NCBI GenBank assembly: GCA_040751795.1 | Contig: JBFMHR010000001.1 | Location: 96,001-160,000 of the forward strand | Reading direction: 5' to 3' | DNA: 64,000 nucleotides | DNA from: Thermoplasmatota archaeon | Lineage (GTDB): Archaea; Thermoplasmatota; Thermoplasmata; UBA10834 | Part shown: piece after piece, positions 37,464 through 48,289 of the stretch | How positions within the stretch are numbered: the first letter of the stretch is position 1 | Layout of the letters: every line of letters starts with the position of its first letter | Program-made: the position numbers and the translations under genes | Notes under the pieces: model-generated | What the model saw: only the letters and a program-made list of their open reading frames with translations | Database searches by the model: none | Told to the model about the DNA's origin: nothing

Positions 37464-38363
37464 TCAACGGTAGCTCTCGCCGGTGATGAGCTCGAACATC
37501 TCGACGTAGAGGTCGGAGACCTCCTTGATCTTGTCCGCCGGCAGCGCGGGGATCTTCGGCTCGGGCCTCCCCTGCTTCCTCGCCTCCATGAGCTTCGAGT
37601 AGTACCCCTTCTCGCGGTAGTACTGCCTCACGAGCTCCTTGCTGAGCTCGACGAACTCGCCCTTGGAGTAGTTGGTCCAGTCCCACCACCGGTCCTCGTC
37701 CGCGGTGCCGAAGGTGTCGACGACCATCAGCTCCCTGTCCTCGTCGAAGGCGAACTCCTTCTTGCCGTCGACGTGGATGAGGTCGCGCTTCTCGACCTCC
37801 TCGGCGATCCTCTCGTCGATCTGCAGCGCCGAGTCGACTATGGTCTTGTACTCCTCCGCGCTTATGGACGCGAGCTTCATCGCCTCCGTCTTCGTCAGGA
37901 GCCTGTCGAACTCCTCGAGCTTGGTGGTGACCTCCACGAACGGCTCCGGGAGCTTGTCGCCGTACTTGACCTCCTTGTTCTTGAGGCCCAGCTTGGAGGG
38001 CTTGACCTCGCCGCTCCTGACCCTGTCCCAGAGCGACCCGGCGACGTAGTACCTGCATATGACCTCGAGCGGGACGAGGAAGTTGGAGGTCTTCTTCGTC
38101 AGCTTGGACGGCTCCAGGACCTGGACCTTGTGGACCCTCATCCTGTTCGGAGGGATGAACTCCCTGAAGTGCGTCTTGATGCCGCACGACCTCGCGACCT
38201 GGAACCAGAAGGCGCTCGTCCGGCACAGCGTCTCGCCCTTGTGCGGGATGAGGGAAGGGATGATCTTGTCGAACACGCTGATCTTGTCCGAGAACACGAA
38301 CTCCAGCGTGTGCGCGTCGACCTCGTAGACGTCCTTCACTTTGCCCTGGCGTATCATTTTCAT
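37464..38363 (-). CDS. purC: SAICAR synthase
   Basis: QGKVKDVY, SDKISVFD, KGE, PLEVICRYY.AGS, VDGKKEF, TADEDR. Confidence 0.95.
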   Translation of the reverse strand: MKMIRQGKVKDVYEVDAHTLEFVFSDKISVFDKIIPSLIPHKGETLCRTSAFWFQVARSCGIKTHFREFIPPNRMRVHKVQVLEPSKLTKKTSNFLVPLEVICRYYVAGSLWDRVRSGEVKPSKLGLKNKEVKYGDKLPEPFVEVTTKLEEFDRLLTKTEAMKLASISAEEYKTIVDSALQIDERIAEEVEKRDLIHVDGKKEFAFDEDRELMVVDTFGTADEDRWWDWTNYSKGEFVELSKELVRQYYREKGYYSKLMEARKQGRPEPKIPALPADKIKEVSDLYVEMFELITGESYR

Positions 38364-38525
38364 GGCTGACGGGTGCGTTGTAAGCAATGGTTGCTTTTAA
38401 TGGTTTTGGTACGTCGCGGCGGCACTGACCGGGCCGCTGGTAGCAGCTGGGCGGCGCGCGGGCCGCGTGGTAATTCGAAAACCATTATGCGCCATGGGTC
38501 CCCTCAGCCGCCACGAGGAACGGAG

Positions 38526-39815
38526 ATGGCCAGGGACTTCTCGAGGCACTTCTCGCAGAGGGCTAGGGAGATGAAGGCGTCGGACGTCAGGGAGCTCCTC
38601 AAGCTCCTGCAGGTCCCCGACATGATCTCGTTCGCTGGGGGCATGCCGAGCCCCGAGACGTTCCCAGCGGACATGATACGCGAGATCGCGTCCGAGGTGC
38701 TGGCCAAGGACAGCGGGAGGATACTCCAGTACGGCATCACCGAGGGCTACGCGCCCCTCAGGGAGTCGATCGCGGACAGGATGAGGGGCAAGGGGATGGA
38801 CGCCTCGGCGGACGACGTCCTGGTCGTGAGCGGCTCGCAGCAGGTCATCGACCTCATGGGCAAGGTGTTCATCGACCCGAAGGACGTCATCGTGGTGTCG
38901 GCGCCGACCTACCTCACCGCGCTCACGGGGTTCGGCACCTACCAGGCGGCGTTCGAGGCCGTCCCGCTGGACCAGGACAACATGCGCCTGGACCTGTTCG
39001 AGGAGAGGGTCAAGAGGCTTGCCAAGAGGTCGAACCAGCCGAAGATCGTCTATGTCCTGCCCAACTTCCACAACCCCGCTGGCGTCACCATGCCCGAGGC
39101 GAACAGGAGGAGGCTCGTGGACATGGCCTCGGAGTACGACTTCATCGTGCTCGAGGACGACCCGTACGGCGAGCTGAGGTACTCCGGGGAGCACCTCAAG
39201 CCCGTCAAGGCCTTCGACGACGAGGGGCGGGTCGTGTACATGGGCACCTTCTCCAAGGTGCTCTCGCCCGGCCTGAGGGTCGGGTGGGTCGTGGCGGACC
39301 CCGAGATACTCAAGAAGCTCATCATATCGAAGCAGTCGACGGACGTGTGCACGAACGTGCTCGGCCAGGCGATCGCGCACGAGTACATGGCCCGGAAGCT
39401 GATGGACAGGCAGATCAAGAAGATCATCGAGATCTACGGGCGGAAGCTCAGGCTCATGCTCGACGGAATGGAGGAGTTCATGCCCGACGGGGTCAAATGG
39501 CTGAAGCCCGAGGGAGGGATGTTCCTGTGGGCCACCCTCCCCGATGGGCTGGAGTCGCCACCGCTCCTGGAGAAGAGCCTCAAGAAGAGGGTCGCGTTCG
39601 TCTCGGGCAGGGCGTTCTTCCCCGACCCGAAGGACGGCTTCGGGACGCTCAGGCTCAACTTCTCGTACCCCTCGGACGAGCTGATAACGGAGGGGCTGCG
39701 CAGGCTCGGGGCGGTCATAAACCAGGAGATGGTCTCCAAGTGGGACAAGTCCGCCGACAAGGACGAGGAGCGCATGGCCGACGCCGTGAGGGGCTCCCTG
39801 GTCGGGCGCGACTAG
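38526..39815 (+). CDS. PLP-dependent class I aminotransferase (LysN/ARO8-like)
   Basis: ISFAGGMP, NPAG, EDDPY, GTFSKVLSPGLRVGW, GGMF, RLNFS. Confidence 0.9.
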   Translation: MARDFSRHFSQRAREMKASDVRELLKLLQVPDMISFAGGMPSPETFPADMIREIASEVLAKDSGRILQYGITEGYAPLRESIADRMRGKGMDASADDVLVVSGSQQVIDLMGKVFIDPKDVIVVSAPTYLTALTGFGTYQAAFEAVPLDQDNMRLDLFEERVKRLAKRSNQPKIVYVLPNFHNPAGVTMPEANRRRLVDMASEYDFIVLEDDPYGELRYSGEHLKPVKAFDDEGRVVYMGTFSKVLSPGLRVGWVVADPEILKKLIISKQSTDVCTNVLGQAIAHEYMARKLMDRQIKKIIEIYGRKLRLMLDGMEEFMPDGVKWLKPEGGMFLWATLPDGLESPPLLEKSLKKRVAFVSGRAFFPDPKDGFGTLRLNFSYPSDELITEGLRRLGAVINQEMVSKWDKSADKDEERMADAVRGSLVGRD

Positions 39816-40513
39816 AACACGTCCGCGCCCGCGTGGACCACGATGCCCTTGTCAGTTATCGAGTAGGGCTTGACGCGCCTCGAGTGGCCTGTGCGGCGCA
39901 TCTTCAGTATCCTCACGGTGAGCTGGACCTCGCCGCCCTCCTTGGCCTCGTCCGACTGGAGGAGGACCACGCCGTCCGCGGTGTACTCCGCGAGGCCGTC
40001 CCTCGAGGACCTCGGGTTCTCGTCCTTGACCTCGGCCGTCAGGATGGTGGTCGCGCCCGTGCTCCTCAGCAGCTGGCACAGGTTGAACAGGTTCGTCCTC
40101 CTCTCGGTGTCGTCGTCGAACATCATGTTGAGGAGCGAGACCGAGTCGATGACGACCCTCTTGGCCCCGAAGCCCTTGATGAACTTGGGCAGGTCGCTCT
40201 TGATCCTGGTGACCGTGGTCTTGGCGTCGGAGGGCTCCAGCTTGAAGAGGCCCAGCTTCTTGGAGTCTATGGCCTTGGAGATGTCCCACCCGAACGTGGC
40301 CGCGTTCCTGGTGATCGACTCCTTGTCCTCCTCCAGCGAGATGAATATGCACGGCTCCCCGGCCCTGATGCCCTCCACCAGGTACTGCATGGCGAGGGTG
40401 GTCTTGCCCGTCCCGAACGAGCCCATGACCACCACGATGTGGTTCTCAGGGAGCCCGCCCTGGAGCATCTCGTCCAGACCATCCACGCCCGTCTTGACCC
40501 TGCCTTCCGACAT
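39812..40513 (-). CDS. KaiC-like ATPase
   Basis: GSFGTGKT, SLEE, VIDS, ADGV, KMR. Confidence 0.9.
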   Translation of the reverse strand: MSEGRVKTGVDGLDEMLQGGLPENHIVVVMGSFGTGKTTLAMQYLVEGIRAGEPCIFISLEEDKESITRNAATFGWDISKAIDSKKLGLFKLEPSDAKTTVTRIKSDLPKFIKGFGAKRVVIDSVSLLNMMFDDDTERRTNLFNLCQLLRSTGATTILTAEVKDENPRSSRDGLAEYTADGVVLLQSDEAKEGGEVQLTVRILKMRRTGHSRRVKPYSITDKGIVVHAGADVF

Positions 40514-40517
40514 CTCT

Positions 40518-41363
40518 TCATCCCACCCGCTCTGTGTTTATCACGACGAAGCCGCTCTGGGAGGTGATGAGGGTGGCGAACCTCGCTATCCTCTCCTGGT
40601 CCAGGTGCGGCAGGACGCTCATGAACTTCTCCACGTAGAGGTACCTCTGCCTCTTCGAGGTGTGATGGAACTTGGCCCACTCGAACTTGAGCACGCCGTC
40701 CACGCTGTCGATTATCATCTGCTGGCGGTGGTTGTCGAGGATGCCGTCCGTGAGTATGACGTAGAAGACCGAGCCCCACTTCTTGGCCATCCTCTGGATG
40801 CCCTTCATCAGCGACACCACGTCCTCGAACTTGACGGTGTCGGAGACGATGAGGTCCGTGAGGGAGTCGACGATGACGAGGCTCTTGGGCGCGTTCGCGT
40901 CCAGGAAGTTGACGAGCGACTCCATGAGGCCGTCCTCCTTCTTGTCCGAGAAGAGGGCGGTCTCGCCCGACTCCGTCCAGCTGGACGGGACGACCGTCCT
41001 CTGGAAGTAGTCCTTCGAGAAGTCCTTGAACTTCAGGTTGGTGGTGAGCGAGTCGGAGAAGTCGCGGTTGAAGGACAGCTTCACCTCGCGGAGGATGTCC
41101 TCCCTCGACCTGGAGAACGCGATGTAGCTCAGCTTCTCTGGCAGGATCCCCGCCTTCCCGGCATGGCCCAGCATGAACGAGCGCGTCTCCGGGAACTCCT
41201 TGACTATGCCGATCTTGGCCGCGGAGGTGAGGGCGAACTCGAGGCCGCCGCCGCCCACGTCCCCGAGGAGCAGCACGACCGAACCGGTCGGCAGGCCGCC
41301 GCCGATGATGGAGTCGAAGTCGGCGACACCGGTGGGTATCCTCTGTACATCCCCTTCTGACAT
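40518..41363 (-). CDS. KaiC-like protein with degenerate Walker A
   Basis: IPTGVADFD..IGGG.P.GS, GDVGGGGLEF (no Lys), VDSL, DGV. Confidence 0.8.
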   Translation of the reverse strand: MSEGDVQRIPTGVADFDSIIGGGLPTGSVVLLLGDVGGGGLEFALTSAAKIGIVKEFPETRSFMLGHAGKAGILPEKLSYIAFSRSREDILREVKLSFNRDFSDSLTTNLKFKDFSKDYFQRTVVPSSWTESGETALFSDKKEDGLMESLVNFLDANAPKSLVIVDSLTDLIVSDTVKFEDVVSLMKGIQRMAKKWGSVFYVILTDGILDNHRQQMIIDSVDGVLKFEWAKFHHTSKRQRYLYVEKFMSVLPHLDQERIARFATLITSQSGFVVINTERVG

Positions 41364-41436
41364 GAGAACTGCCCGACGCATGCATGTATGCGATTATGTA
41401 ACTTTCGGGAATGGCGACAAAAGACTGTGAAACGGC

Positions 41437-41904
41437 TCAAGCCAGCAGGTCACGCACGAGCGCGAGCGCGGACTCGGACGAGCGGGTCTTCACGTCGTCG
41501 CGCGCGCCCGGGAAGACGTGCCGGCTGCACACCGTCCCGCCCTCCGTCGAGGCCGCGATGAAGACTAGGCCGACGGGCTTCGACGGGCTCCCTCCGTCCG
41601 GCCCCGCTATCCCGGTCGTGGAGACGCCGACGTCGGCCCCGAAGGCCCTCCTCGCCCCCTCGGCCATCTGCCGCGCGACCGCCTCGCTCACGGCGCCCTC
41701 CGCCTCCAGCGACTCGGGGCTCACGCCCAGGAGGCCGACCTTCGCCTCGTCGCTGTAGGAAATGACGCCGCCCAGGAAGTAGTCGCTGCTGCCCGGCACC
41801 GAGGTGATCATGTCGCCGAGCCTGCCGCCCGTGCACGACTCCGCGACCGCGATGGTCAGGCCCTTCGCCCTCAGCGCCGACCCGACCTCCTCCGGCAGCG
41901 ACAC
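41437..41904 (-). CDS. cinA: CinA C-terminal/PncC NMN deamidase
   Basis: AESCTGG, PGSS, GAVS, STTGIAGP, KPVG. Confidence 0.9.
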   Translation of the reverse strand: MSLPEEVGSALRAKGLTIAVAESCTGGRLGDMITSVPGSSDYFLGGVISYSDEAKVGLLGVSPESLEAEGAVSEAVARQMAEGARRAFGADVGVSTTGIAGPDGGSPSKPVGLVFIAASTEGGTVCSRHVFPGARDDVKTRSSESALALVRDLLA

Positions 41905-41908
41905 GCGC

Positions 41909-42427
41909 TCACCTCCCCTTGCGCTGGCCCAGGCCAGCGTCCAGGAGGCGCTGCCTCCCGCCGAGGGCCTCGACGAGGCTGGCCACCGGCGGGGGGACGA
42001 GGTCCTTCCACTTCCCGCCGGCGGCGATCCTCCTGCGGATCTCGGTGCCGGAGTAGAGCTTGGCGTTGTAGGCCTTGGTCCTCCTCGCCCTGTAGCCTGC
42101 CTCCGAGAAGAGCGACCGAGTGAGGTCGTTGTTGGAGAAGATCACGTCGAACGGCGGAACGTACGATTCGACATGGCTCACCCACGCGGCGTACCTGTTC
42201 ACGTCCCTCACGGGGATGATGTGCATCCTGGATCGCTCGTCGTCCTCGAGGGACGAAATCAGCATCTGGTACCTCTCGCCCGCTGTGAAGGGGTTCTCCG
42301 CCGTGTGGGACTCCTCTGCGCTGCCTATTATCACTATGAGGTCGTCGCACGCGGCGAGGGCCTCCCTGACGGCGGCGAGGTGGCCCTTGTGCAGCGGCTG
42401 GAACCTGCCGATCATCAGACCCCTCAA
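41909..42427 (-). CDS. nadM: Nicotinamide-nucleotide adenylyltransferase
   Basis: GRFQPLHKGH, GSA, NPFTAGER, SGTEIR. Confidence 0.93.
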   Translation of the reverse strand: MRGLMIGRFQPLHKGHLAAVREALAACDDLIVIIGSAEESHTAENPFTAGERYQMLISSLEDDERSRMHIIPVRDVNRYAAWVSHVESYVPPFDVIFSNNDLTRSLFSEAGYRARRTKAYNAKLYSGTEIRRRIAAGGKWKDLVPPPVASLVEALGGRQRLLDAGLGQRKGR

Positions 42428-42440
42428 GACGAGACCTCCG

Positions 42441-44417
42441 TCAGTGGACTACCGGCCTGTCGCCCGCGACTGGGCCGGGCTTCGCGCCGGCCTTGCCCGC
42501 GACCAGGCTCGCCAGCTTCTTCAGGAGCCCGTCCTTGCGGGCGCCCACGAGCGCGTGCACGAGCACGTCGTTGAGTATGCGCACCGGGACGACCTCTATC
42601 TTCCCGATGTACTTGTCCTCGAGCAGGACGTCCTTCATGTTCTGCTCGGGTATGAGCACCTTCCTGAGGCCCATCTCCGCGGCGGCCTCGATCTTCGCCG
42701 TGACGCCCCCCACGGGGAGGACCTGCCCGCGGACGCTCAGGCTGCCGGTCATGGTGACCGTCTGGTCCACCTCGACCTCCTCGAATGCGGATATGACCGC
42801 GGTGGCGACCGCGATCGAGGCGCTGTCCCCCTCGATGCCGTCGTAGGTGCCGATGAACTGCACGTGTATGTCGTGGTTGGTGATGTCCTCGCCCGTGTAC
42901 TTCTTGATCAGGGCGGACACGTTCTGGACGGACTCCTTCGCGATCTCGCCCAGCTTGCCCGTGGCGATGATCCTGCCCCCCTCGCGGTTCTGCGCCGGGG
43001 TGACCTCGGCCACTATGGGCGTGACTATGCCGGAGTACTCGGCCATGGACGAGTCGGAGTTCAGGACCGCCAGGCCGTTGACTATCCCTATGACCGCCCC
43101 CTCTGTGAGGCAGGTCTTGTAGTCCTTCCGCCTCTCCACGGCCCTGTCGGTGACCTGCTGCTCCAGGGACCTGGCGATGCCCTTGGCCTCGAGCACGTGC
43201 TTCGACTCGACGACCTTGTCGCCGCGCTCTATGGCGATGTCGCCTGCGACCCTCACCAGGCCGCCGAGCTCCCTGAGCCTGAGCGTGAGCATGCCCCTCC
43301 TCCCTGCGCGCCTCTGGGCCTCCCTGATGATCTCCGCCACCGCGGCCTTGTCGAAGTGGGGGATCTTCTTGTCCTTGGAGACCTCCTGGGCGACGAACTT
43401 GATCAGCTTCTGCCTGTTCTCCTCGTTGTCGGGCATGGTGTTCCTCATGTACACCTCGTACCCGTAGCCCCTGATCCTGGACCTGAGCGCCGGGTGCATG
43501 CTGCCGACCGCGTCGAGGTTGCCCGCCGCGACGAGTATGAAGTCGCACGGGACCGGCTCGCTCTTCACCATCGCGCCGGAGCTCCTCTCGCTCTGCCCCA
43601 GGATGCTGAACTCGCCCTCTTGGAGGGCGGTGAGGAGGCTCTGCTGGCTCTCAATCCTGAGCATGTTGATCTCGTCGATGAAGAGGACGCCCTTGCTGGC
43701 CTTGTGTATCGCCCCGGGCTCAAGCCTCTCGTGGGCCGGCGTCTCGAGGCCGCCGCTCTGGAACGGGTCGTGCTTGACGTCCCCGAGGAGCGCGCCCGCG
43801 TGGGCTCCCGTGGCGTCAATGAACGGGGGCTGCTCGTCGGGCTTGTGGGTTATCAGCAGCTTGGGGACCATGAGGGCCTCCCTGCGCTGGCCCGTGTACC
43901 TGAACACCATGAAGAGCAGGATGCCGCCGATCAGCCCGATGAGCAGGAGGGTGGCGTCGTGGTACATCATGAACAGGATGGCGGACAGCATGATGAACCC
44001 GAAGAGCAGCATGAACATCCACGAGTTCTTCTGGGCGCGCTTCTGCTCCGCCTCTAGCTTCTGCGCCTGGACGATCTCCTTCCCCTTGCCCGTGGGCACT
44101 ATGCGTATCTTGGGCTCGTTCTGGTCGTCCGGGTTGTGGTAGGCGATGACATCCTGCAGCTCCCCCTTGGGGAGGTAGTCGACCATCGACCGGGCGAGCA
44201 TCGACTTGCCCGTCCCCGGGTCCCCTATGAGTATGACGTGCCTCTTCTGCTCGGCCGCCTTCTTGATAACCTTGACGGCGTCGTCCTGACCGATGACCTG
44301 GTCGCCGAGCTGCGGCGGGATCTTCACGTCGGCGGTGGTCTCGAAGGACTGGGCCCTGACCCAGTCCTCGATGTCGGGGAGGCCCAGCTCGGACCTCTTG
44401 GAATCAATGCTTCCCAT
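42441..44417 (-). CDS. lonB: Membrane-anchored ATP-dependent protease LonB
   Basis: GDPGTGKS, two TM segments, FIDEI, EGDSAS, VGGV..K. Confidence 0.95.
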   Translation of the reverse strand: MGSIDSKRSELGLPDIEDWVRAQSFETTADVKIPPQLGDQVIGQDDAVKVIKKAAEQKRHVILIGDPGTGKSMLARSMVDYLPKGELQDVIAYHNPDDQNEPKIRIVPTGKGKEIVQAQKLEAEQKRAQKNSWMFMLLFGFIMLSAILFMMYHDATLLLIGLIGGILLFMVFRYTGQRREALMVPKLLITHKPDEQPPFIDATGAHAGALLGDVKHDPFQSGGLETPAHERLEPGAIHKASKGVLFIDEINMLRIESQQSLLTALQEGEFSILGQSERSSGAMVKSEPVPCDFILVAAGNLDAVGSMHPALRSRIRGYGYEVYMRNTMPDNEENRQKLIKFVAQEVSKDKKIPHFDKAAVAEIIREAQRRAGRRGMLTLRLRELGGLVRVAGDIAIERGDKVVESKHVLEAKGIARSLEQQVTDRAVERRKDYKTCLTEGAVIGIVNGLAVLNSDSSMAEYSGIVTPIVAEVTPAQNREGGRIIATGKLGEIAKESVQNVSALIKKYTGEDITNHDIHVQFIGTYDGIEGDSASIAVATAVISAFEEVEVDQTVTMTGSLSVRGQVLPVGGVTAKIEAAAEMGLRKVLIPEQNMKDVLLEDKYIGKIEVVPVRILNDVLVHALVGARKDGLLKKLASLVAGKAGAKPGPVAGDRPVVH

Positions 44418-44619
44418 CGGCTACACCAGTAGTAGTCAAAGTTATTAAGCCTGTGCTAGATAAGCGTTGCGCCGTGAGACCATATCAGGTTGACATGGCC
44501 AGTATGTCCGGCGGCCCGCCGGCGGGGCCCCCTGGGCACTTACGGCGGGGCCCGGGCGCCTTATAAGTACGGAGGGGGGCTGGGGGAGGGAGGAGGGCCC
44601 CTGCGCGCAGGGGCGACAG

Positions 44620-46797
44620 GTGCGACTCATGCTCGTGGAGGACATCGGGCTGGACCCGAGGATAGTGAGGAAGCTCAGGGAGGACGGGATCGAGAGGCTG
44701 TACCCTCCCCAGGCGGAGGCGATCGGGCCCGCGCTCTCGGGCAGGAACCTCGTCCTGGCCATACCCACTGCGTCAGGGAAGAGCCTGGTCGCGTACCTCG
44801 CGATGCTGCAGGCCGTCCTCAGGGGCGGAAAGGCGCTCTACATCGTGCCCCTCAAGGCCCTCGCGTCGGAGAAGTACGAGGACCTGGCCAAGTTCTCGGA
44901 CCTCGGCGTGAGGGTCGCCGAGTCCACCGGGGACTTCGACGAGGTCGACGCGAAGCTCCACAGATACGACATAGTCGTCTCGACCTCGGAGAAGGCGGAC
45001 TCCCTGCTGAGGCACCGGACCAAGTGGCTCGACCAGCTCTCGGTCGTCGTCGCGGACGAGGTCCACCTGATCAACGACCCCGACCGCGGGCCGACCCTCG
45101 AGGTCACCCTGGTCAAGTTCAGGACCTTCAACCCTGGTGCGCAGCTCATCGCCCTGTCCGCGACGATAAAGAACGCCGGGGAGCTGGCCGAGTGGCTCGA
45201 CGCCGAGCTCGTGACGAGCGACTGGAGGCCGGTCCCGCTCAAGGAGGGGGTCTACTCCGACGGCGAGGTGTTCTTCACAGACAACTCCAGGAGGAAGCTG
45301 GGGGACGACACACCCGTGAATGCGATTGTCAGGGACACGCTCGCCTCGGGAGGGCAGTGCCTCGTCTTCGTCAACTCGCGCAAGTCCAGCGAGTCGCAGG
45401 CGGCCGCCCTCGGCCCCCTGGTGAGGAAGATGATCCCCGACCGGCTCGACGCGCTGGCCAAGGCGGCCGACAGGCTGGTCGGGGAGCAGGACGAGCCGAC
45501 CACGATGGGGACCAGGCTGGGCAAGTGCATCAAGGGGGGGTGCGCCTTCCACCACGCCGGCCTGACCAGCGCCCAGAGGAGGGCGGTCGAGGCCAGCTTC
45601 AGGTCGGGCCAGCTGGGCTGCATAGTCGCCACGCCCACCCTCGCTGCGGGGATCAACCTCCCCGCGAGGACGGTCATAGTGAGGGACGTCCGGAGGTTCG
45701 ACTCCGAGCTGGGCTTCGCGTCCATACCCGTGCTCGAGGTGAAGCAGATGTGCGGGAGGGCCGGGAGGCCCAGGTTCGACCCGTACGGGGAGGCGATACT
45801 CATCGCCAGGGACGACGAGGAGAGGAGCCTCCTCATGGAGGAGTACCTCCTCGGCGAGAACGAGAGCATCCTCTCCAAGCTCGGGACGGAGCCCGCGATG
45901 AGGTCGCACGTCCTCGCGCTGGTAGCGACGAAGGACGCCGGCTCCGTCGACGGGCTGAAGGCGTTCTTCCAGAAGACGTTCCTCGCGCACCAGACCGACG
46001 CGGGGTACCTGGGGGACATCATCGAGGGCATAGTCGAGTTCCTCCAGAGGGAGGGGATGGTCGCCGAGGGCGACGCCCTCTCCGCGACCGGGTTCGGGAG
46101 GAGGGTGAGCGACCTCTACATCGACCCCCTCTCGGCCGTCAAGCTGAGGGACGCGCTCAGGACCTATTCCACGGGCAAGCAGTTCGGCCTCGTGCACGCC
46201 GCGTGCTCAGTCCCGGACATGCCCCTCCTCTACCTGAGGCGGAGCGACAGCGAGTGGGTCGAGGAGTACATGGACGAGGTCAAGGACAGCCTCCTGGTGG
46301 GGCCTCCGGAGGACCTCGAGGAGTACGAGCTCTACCTCTCCACAATCAAGACCGCGAAGATGGTCGACGACTGGATGTCAGAGGTGCACGAGAACGAGAT
46401 CGCCAACGCCTTCGGCATCGGCCCGGGGGACATAAGGAACAAGGTCGAGCTCGCGGAGTGGCTCCTCCACTCGGCCGCGAGGCTCGCGGAGCTGTTCAAC
46501 CGGGACGCCGTCCAGGATTGCGCGGAGGCGGTGGCGAGGGTCGGCTACGGGATAAGGCCCGAGCTGCTCGAGCTCGTGAAGCTGAGGGGCGTGGGCAGGG
46601 TCCGCGCGAGGGCCCTCTACTCCAGGGGGATCAAGGGCCTGGAGGACCTCAGGAACACGGGCTACGACAGGCTTAAGCAGATACCGACGATTGGGGAGGC
46701 GGTCGCGCGGTCGATCAAGGACCAGCTCGGCCAGACGGACCCGACCATGCCCGCGGCGAGCGAGGACGGGCAGAGGTCGCTGAGGGAGTACAGGTAG
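44620..46797 (+). CDS. hel308: Hel308/Ski2-like SF2 helicase
   Basis: PTASGKS, DEVH, LSAT, HHAGL, TLAAGINLP, QMCGRAGR, C-terminal HhH. Confidence 0.93.
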   Translation: MRLMLVEDIGLDPRIVRKLREDGIERLYPPQAEAIGPALSGRNLVLAIPTASGKSLVAYLAMLQAVLRGGKALYIVPLKALASEKYEDLAKFSDLGVRVAESTGDFDEVDAKLHRYDIVVSTSEKADSLLRHRTKWLDQLSVVVADEVHLINDPDRGPTLEVTLVKFRTFNPGAQLIALSATIKNAGELAEWLDAELVTSDWRPVPLKEGVYSDGEVFFTDNSRRKLGDDTPVNAIVRDTLASGGQCLVFVNSRKSSESQAAALGPLVRKMIPDRLDALAKAADRLVGEQDEPTTMGTRLGKCIKGGCAFHHAGLTSAQRRAVEASFRSGQLGCIVATPTLAAGINLPARTVIVRDVRRFDSELGFASIPVLEVKQMCGRAGRPRFDPYGEAILIARDDEERSLLMEEYLLGENESILSKLGTEPAMRSHVLALVATKDAGSVDGLKAFFQKTFLAHQTDAGYLGDIIEGIVEFLQREGMVAEGDALSATGFGRRVSDLYIDPLSAVKLRDALRTYSTGKQFGLVHAACSVPDMPLLYLRRSDSEWVEEYMDEVKDSLLVGPPEDLEEYELYLSTIKTAKMVDDWMSEVHENEIANAFGIGPGDIRNKVELAEWLLHSAARLAELFNRDAVQDCAEAVARVGYGIRPELLELVKLRGVGRVRARALYSRGIKGLEDLRNTGYDRLKQIPTIGEAVARSIKDQLGQTDPTMPAASEDGQRSLREYR

Positions 46798-46802
46798 ACC
46801 TG

Positions 46803-47318
46803 GTGGTGTGTCGCATGGACTTTGCCGCGGATCTCGTGGGCGCCTGGGAGCGGGAGGTGCCCGAGGGGGGCGCCAAGGCCCTGATGGAGGACGTGCTGGC
46901 CGAGGCGTCCGCCTCCGGCTCCGAAGCGCTGGTCATGGACGGGGACATGGTGTTCGGCGCGGACCACGTCGCGAGCGCGCTCCACCACGCGGCGAAGGCG
47001 GCCGCGGAGGGGAGGAACTCGTCCGACTCACTGGCGATGGAGACGCTCCTCTACGCGTCCGGCGAGAGGCAGCTGTCCGCGGCCATCAGGAAGATGTCCG
47101 TGGGAGGGGGGACGCGGAGGGTCGTCCTCGCCGTGCTGAGGGGCAGCTTCGGGCCCGGCGAGGGCTGGGCGCCGCTCCCGCCCGTGGATGGCGCGGCGGA
47201 CAGGGCGCGGCTGAGGAGGTTCGGGGTCACGGACGTGGAGATGTCGACCGTGGCCGAGGGCAGGCTCAGCGAGCTCGTGCTGGAGAGGGTCGCCGCCGTA
47301 GACGTCATCAAGAGGTAG
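46803..47318 (+). CDS. cgi121: KEOPS subunit Cgi121
   Basis: VFGADH...A..A...GRN.SDSLAME.LLYASGERQ...AI...VLERVA. Confidence 0.85.
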   Translation: MVCRMDFAADLVGAWEREVPEGGAKALMEDVLAEASASGSEALVMDGDMVFGADHVASALHHAAKAAAEGRNSSDSLAMETLLYASGERQLSAAIRKMSVGGGTRRVVLAVLRGSFGPGEGWAPLPPVDGAADRARLRRFGVTDVEMSTVAEGRLSELVLERVAAVDVIKR

Positions 47319-47389
47319 AGCCGTCCGCCTCGGCGGACGGTCGCCTATATGAGCAGGGTAGTAGATTCACCTCGGTCGGTGCCGGTAGG

Positions 47390-48289
47390 ATGGCCGCGGT
47401 TATCGAGTGCGTCCCCAACTTCAGCGAGGGGCGGAGGAAGGACGTCGTGGAGAAGATAGTGCACTCCATCCGGTCCGTCCCGGGGACGAAGGTCCTGGAC
47501 GTCGAGAGCGACCCCGACCACAACAGGAGCGTCGTCACGTTCACCGGCACCAAGGAGAGCGTCCAGGAGAGCGCCTTCAGGGGCGCCAGGGCCGCGATGG
47601 AGCTCATCGACCTCACCAAGCACACCGGGGAGCACCCGCGCATGGGGGCCCTGGACGTGCTGCCCTTCGTGCCCATCTCTGGCGCCACGATGGAGGACTG
47701 CGTCGAGATAGCCGACAGGGTCGGCGCGAGGATCGCGAGGCACCTGAAGATCCCGGTCTACCTGTACGAGGCGGCCGCGAGGAGGCCCGAGAGGAAGAAC
47801 CTCGAGGCCGTCAGGAAGGGGCAGTTCGAGGGGCTCAGGGAGGCCATACTGACCGACGACTCCCGCTACCCCGACTTCGGCCCGAGGGCGGTGCACCCGA
47901 CCGCCGGGGCCATGGCCGTGGGGGCGAGGATGCCACTCATAGCGTTCAACGTCAACCTGAGGTCCGAGGACGTCGAGGTCGCCAAGGCCATCGCCAAGAA
48001 GATCAGGGCGAGCGGCGGGGGGATGCCCCACGTCAAGGCCCTGGGCTTCCACCTCAGGGAGAAGGGGATGGTCCAGGTCTCGATGAACCTGACCGACTAC
48101 ACCGTCACGCCCATATCCAAGGTGTTCCTGGAGATCGAGAAGGAGGCGGAGGCGAGGGGGGTGGAGGTCGCGGAGAGCGAGATCATAGGCCTGATGCCGC
48201 TCGACGCCGTATGCGACCTCGCGGGGAGGTTCCTGAAGGTCCCCAGCTTCTCGAGCAGCCAGGTTCTGGAGAGGAGGATCTGGTGCTGA
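47390..48289 (+). CDS. ftcD: Glutamate formimidoyltransferase
   Basis: ECVPNFSEGR, DPDHNRSV, HPRMGA.DV.PF, QVSMN. Confidence 0.93.
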   Translation: MAAVIECVPNFSEGRRKDVVEKIVHSIRSVPGTKVLDVESDPDHNRSVVTFTGTKESVQESAFRGARAAMELIDLTKHTGEHPRMGALDVLPFVPISGATMEDCVEIADRVGARIARHLKIPVYLYEAAARRPERKNLEAVRKGQFEGLREAILTDDSRYPDFGPRAVHPTAGAMAVGARMPLIAFNVNLRSEDVEVAKAIAKKIRASGGGMPHVKALGFHLREKGMVQVSMNLTDYTVTPISKVFLEIEKEAEARGVEVAESEIIGLMPLDAVCDLAGRFLKVPSFSSSQVLERRIWC

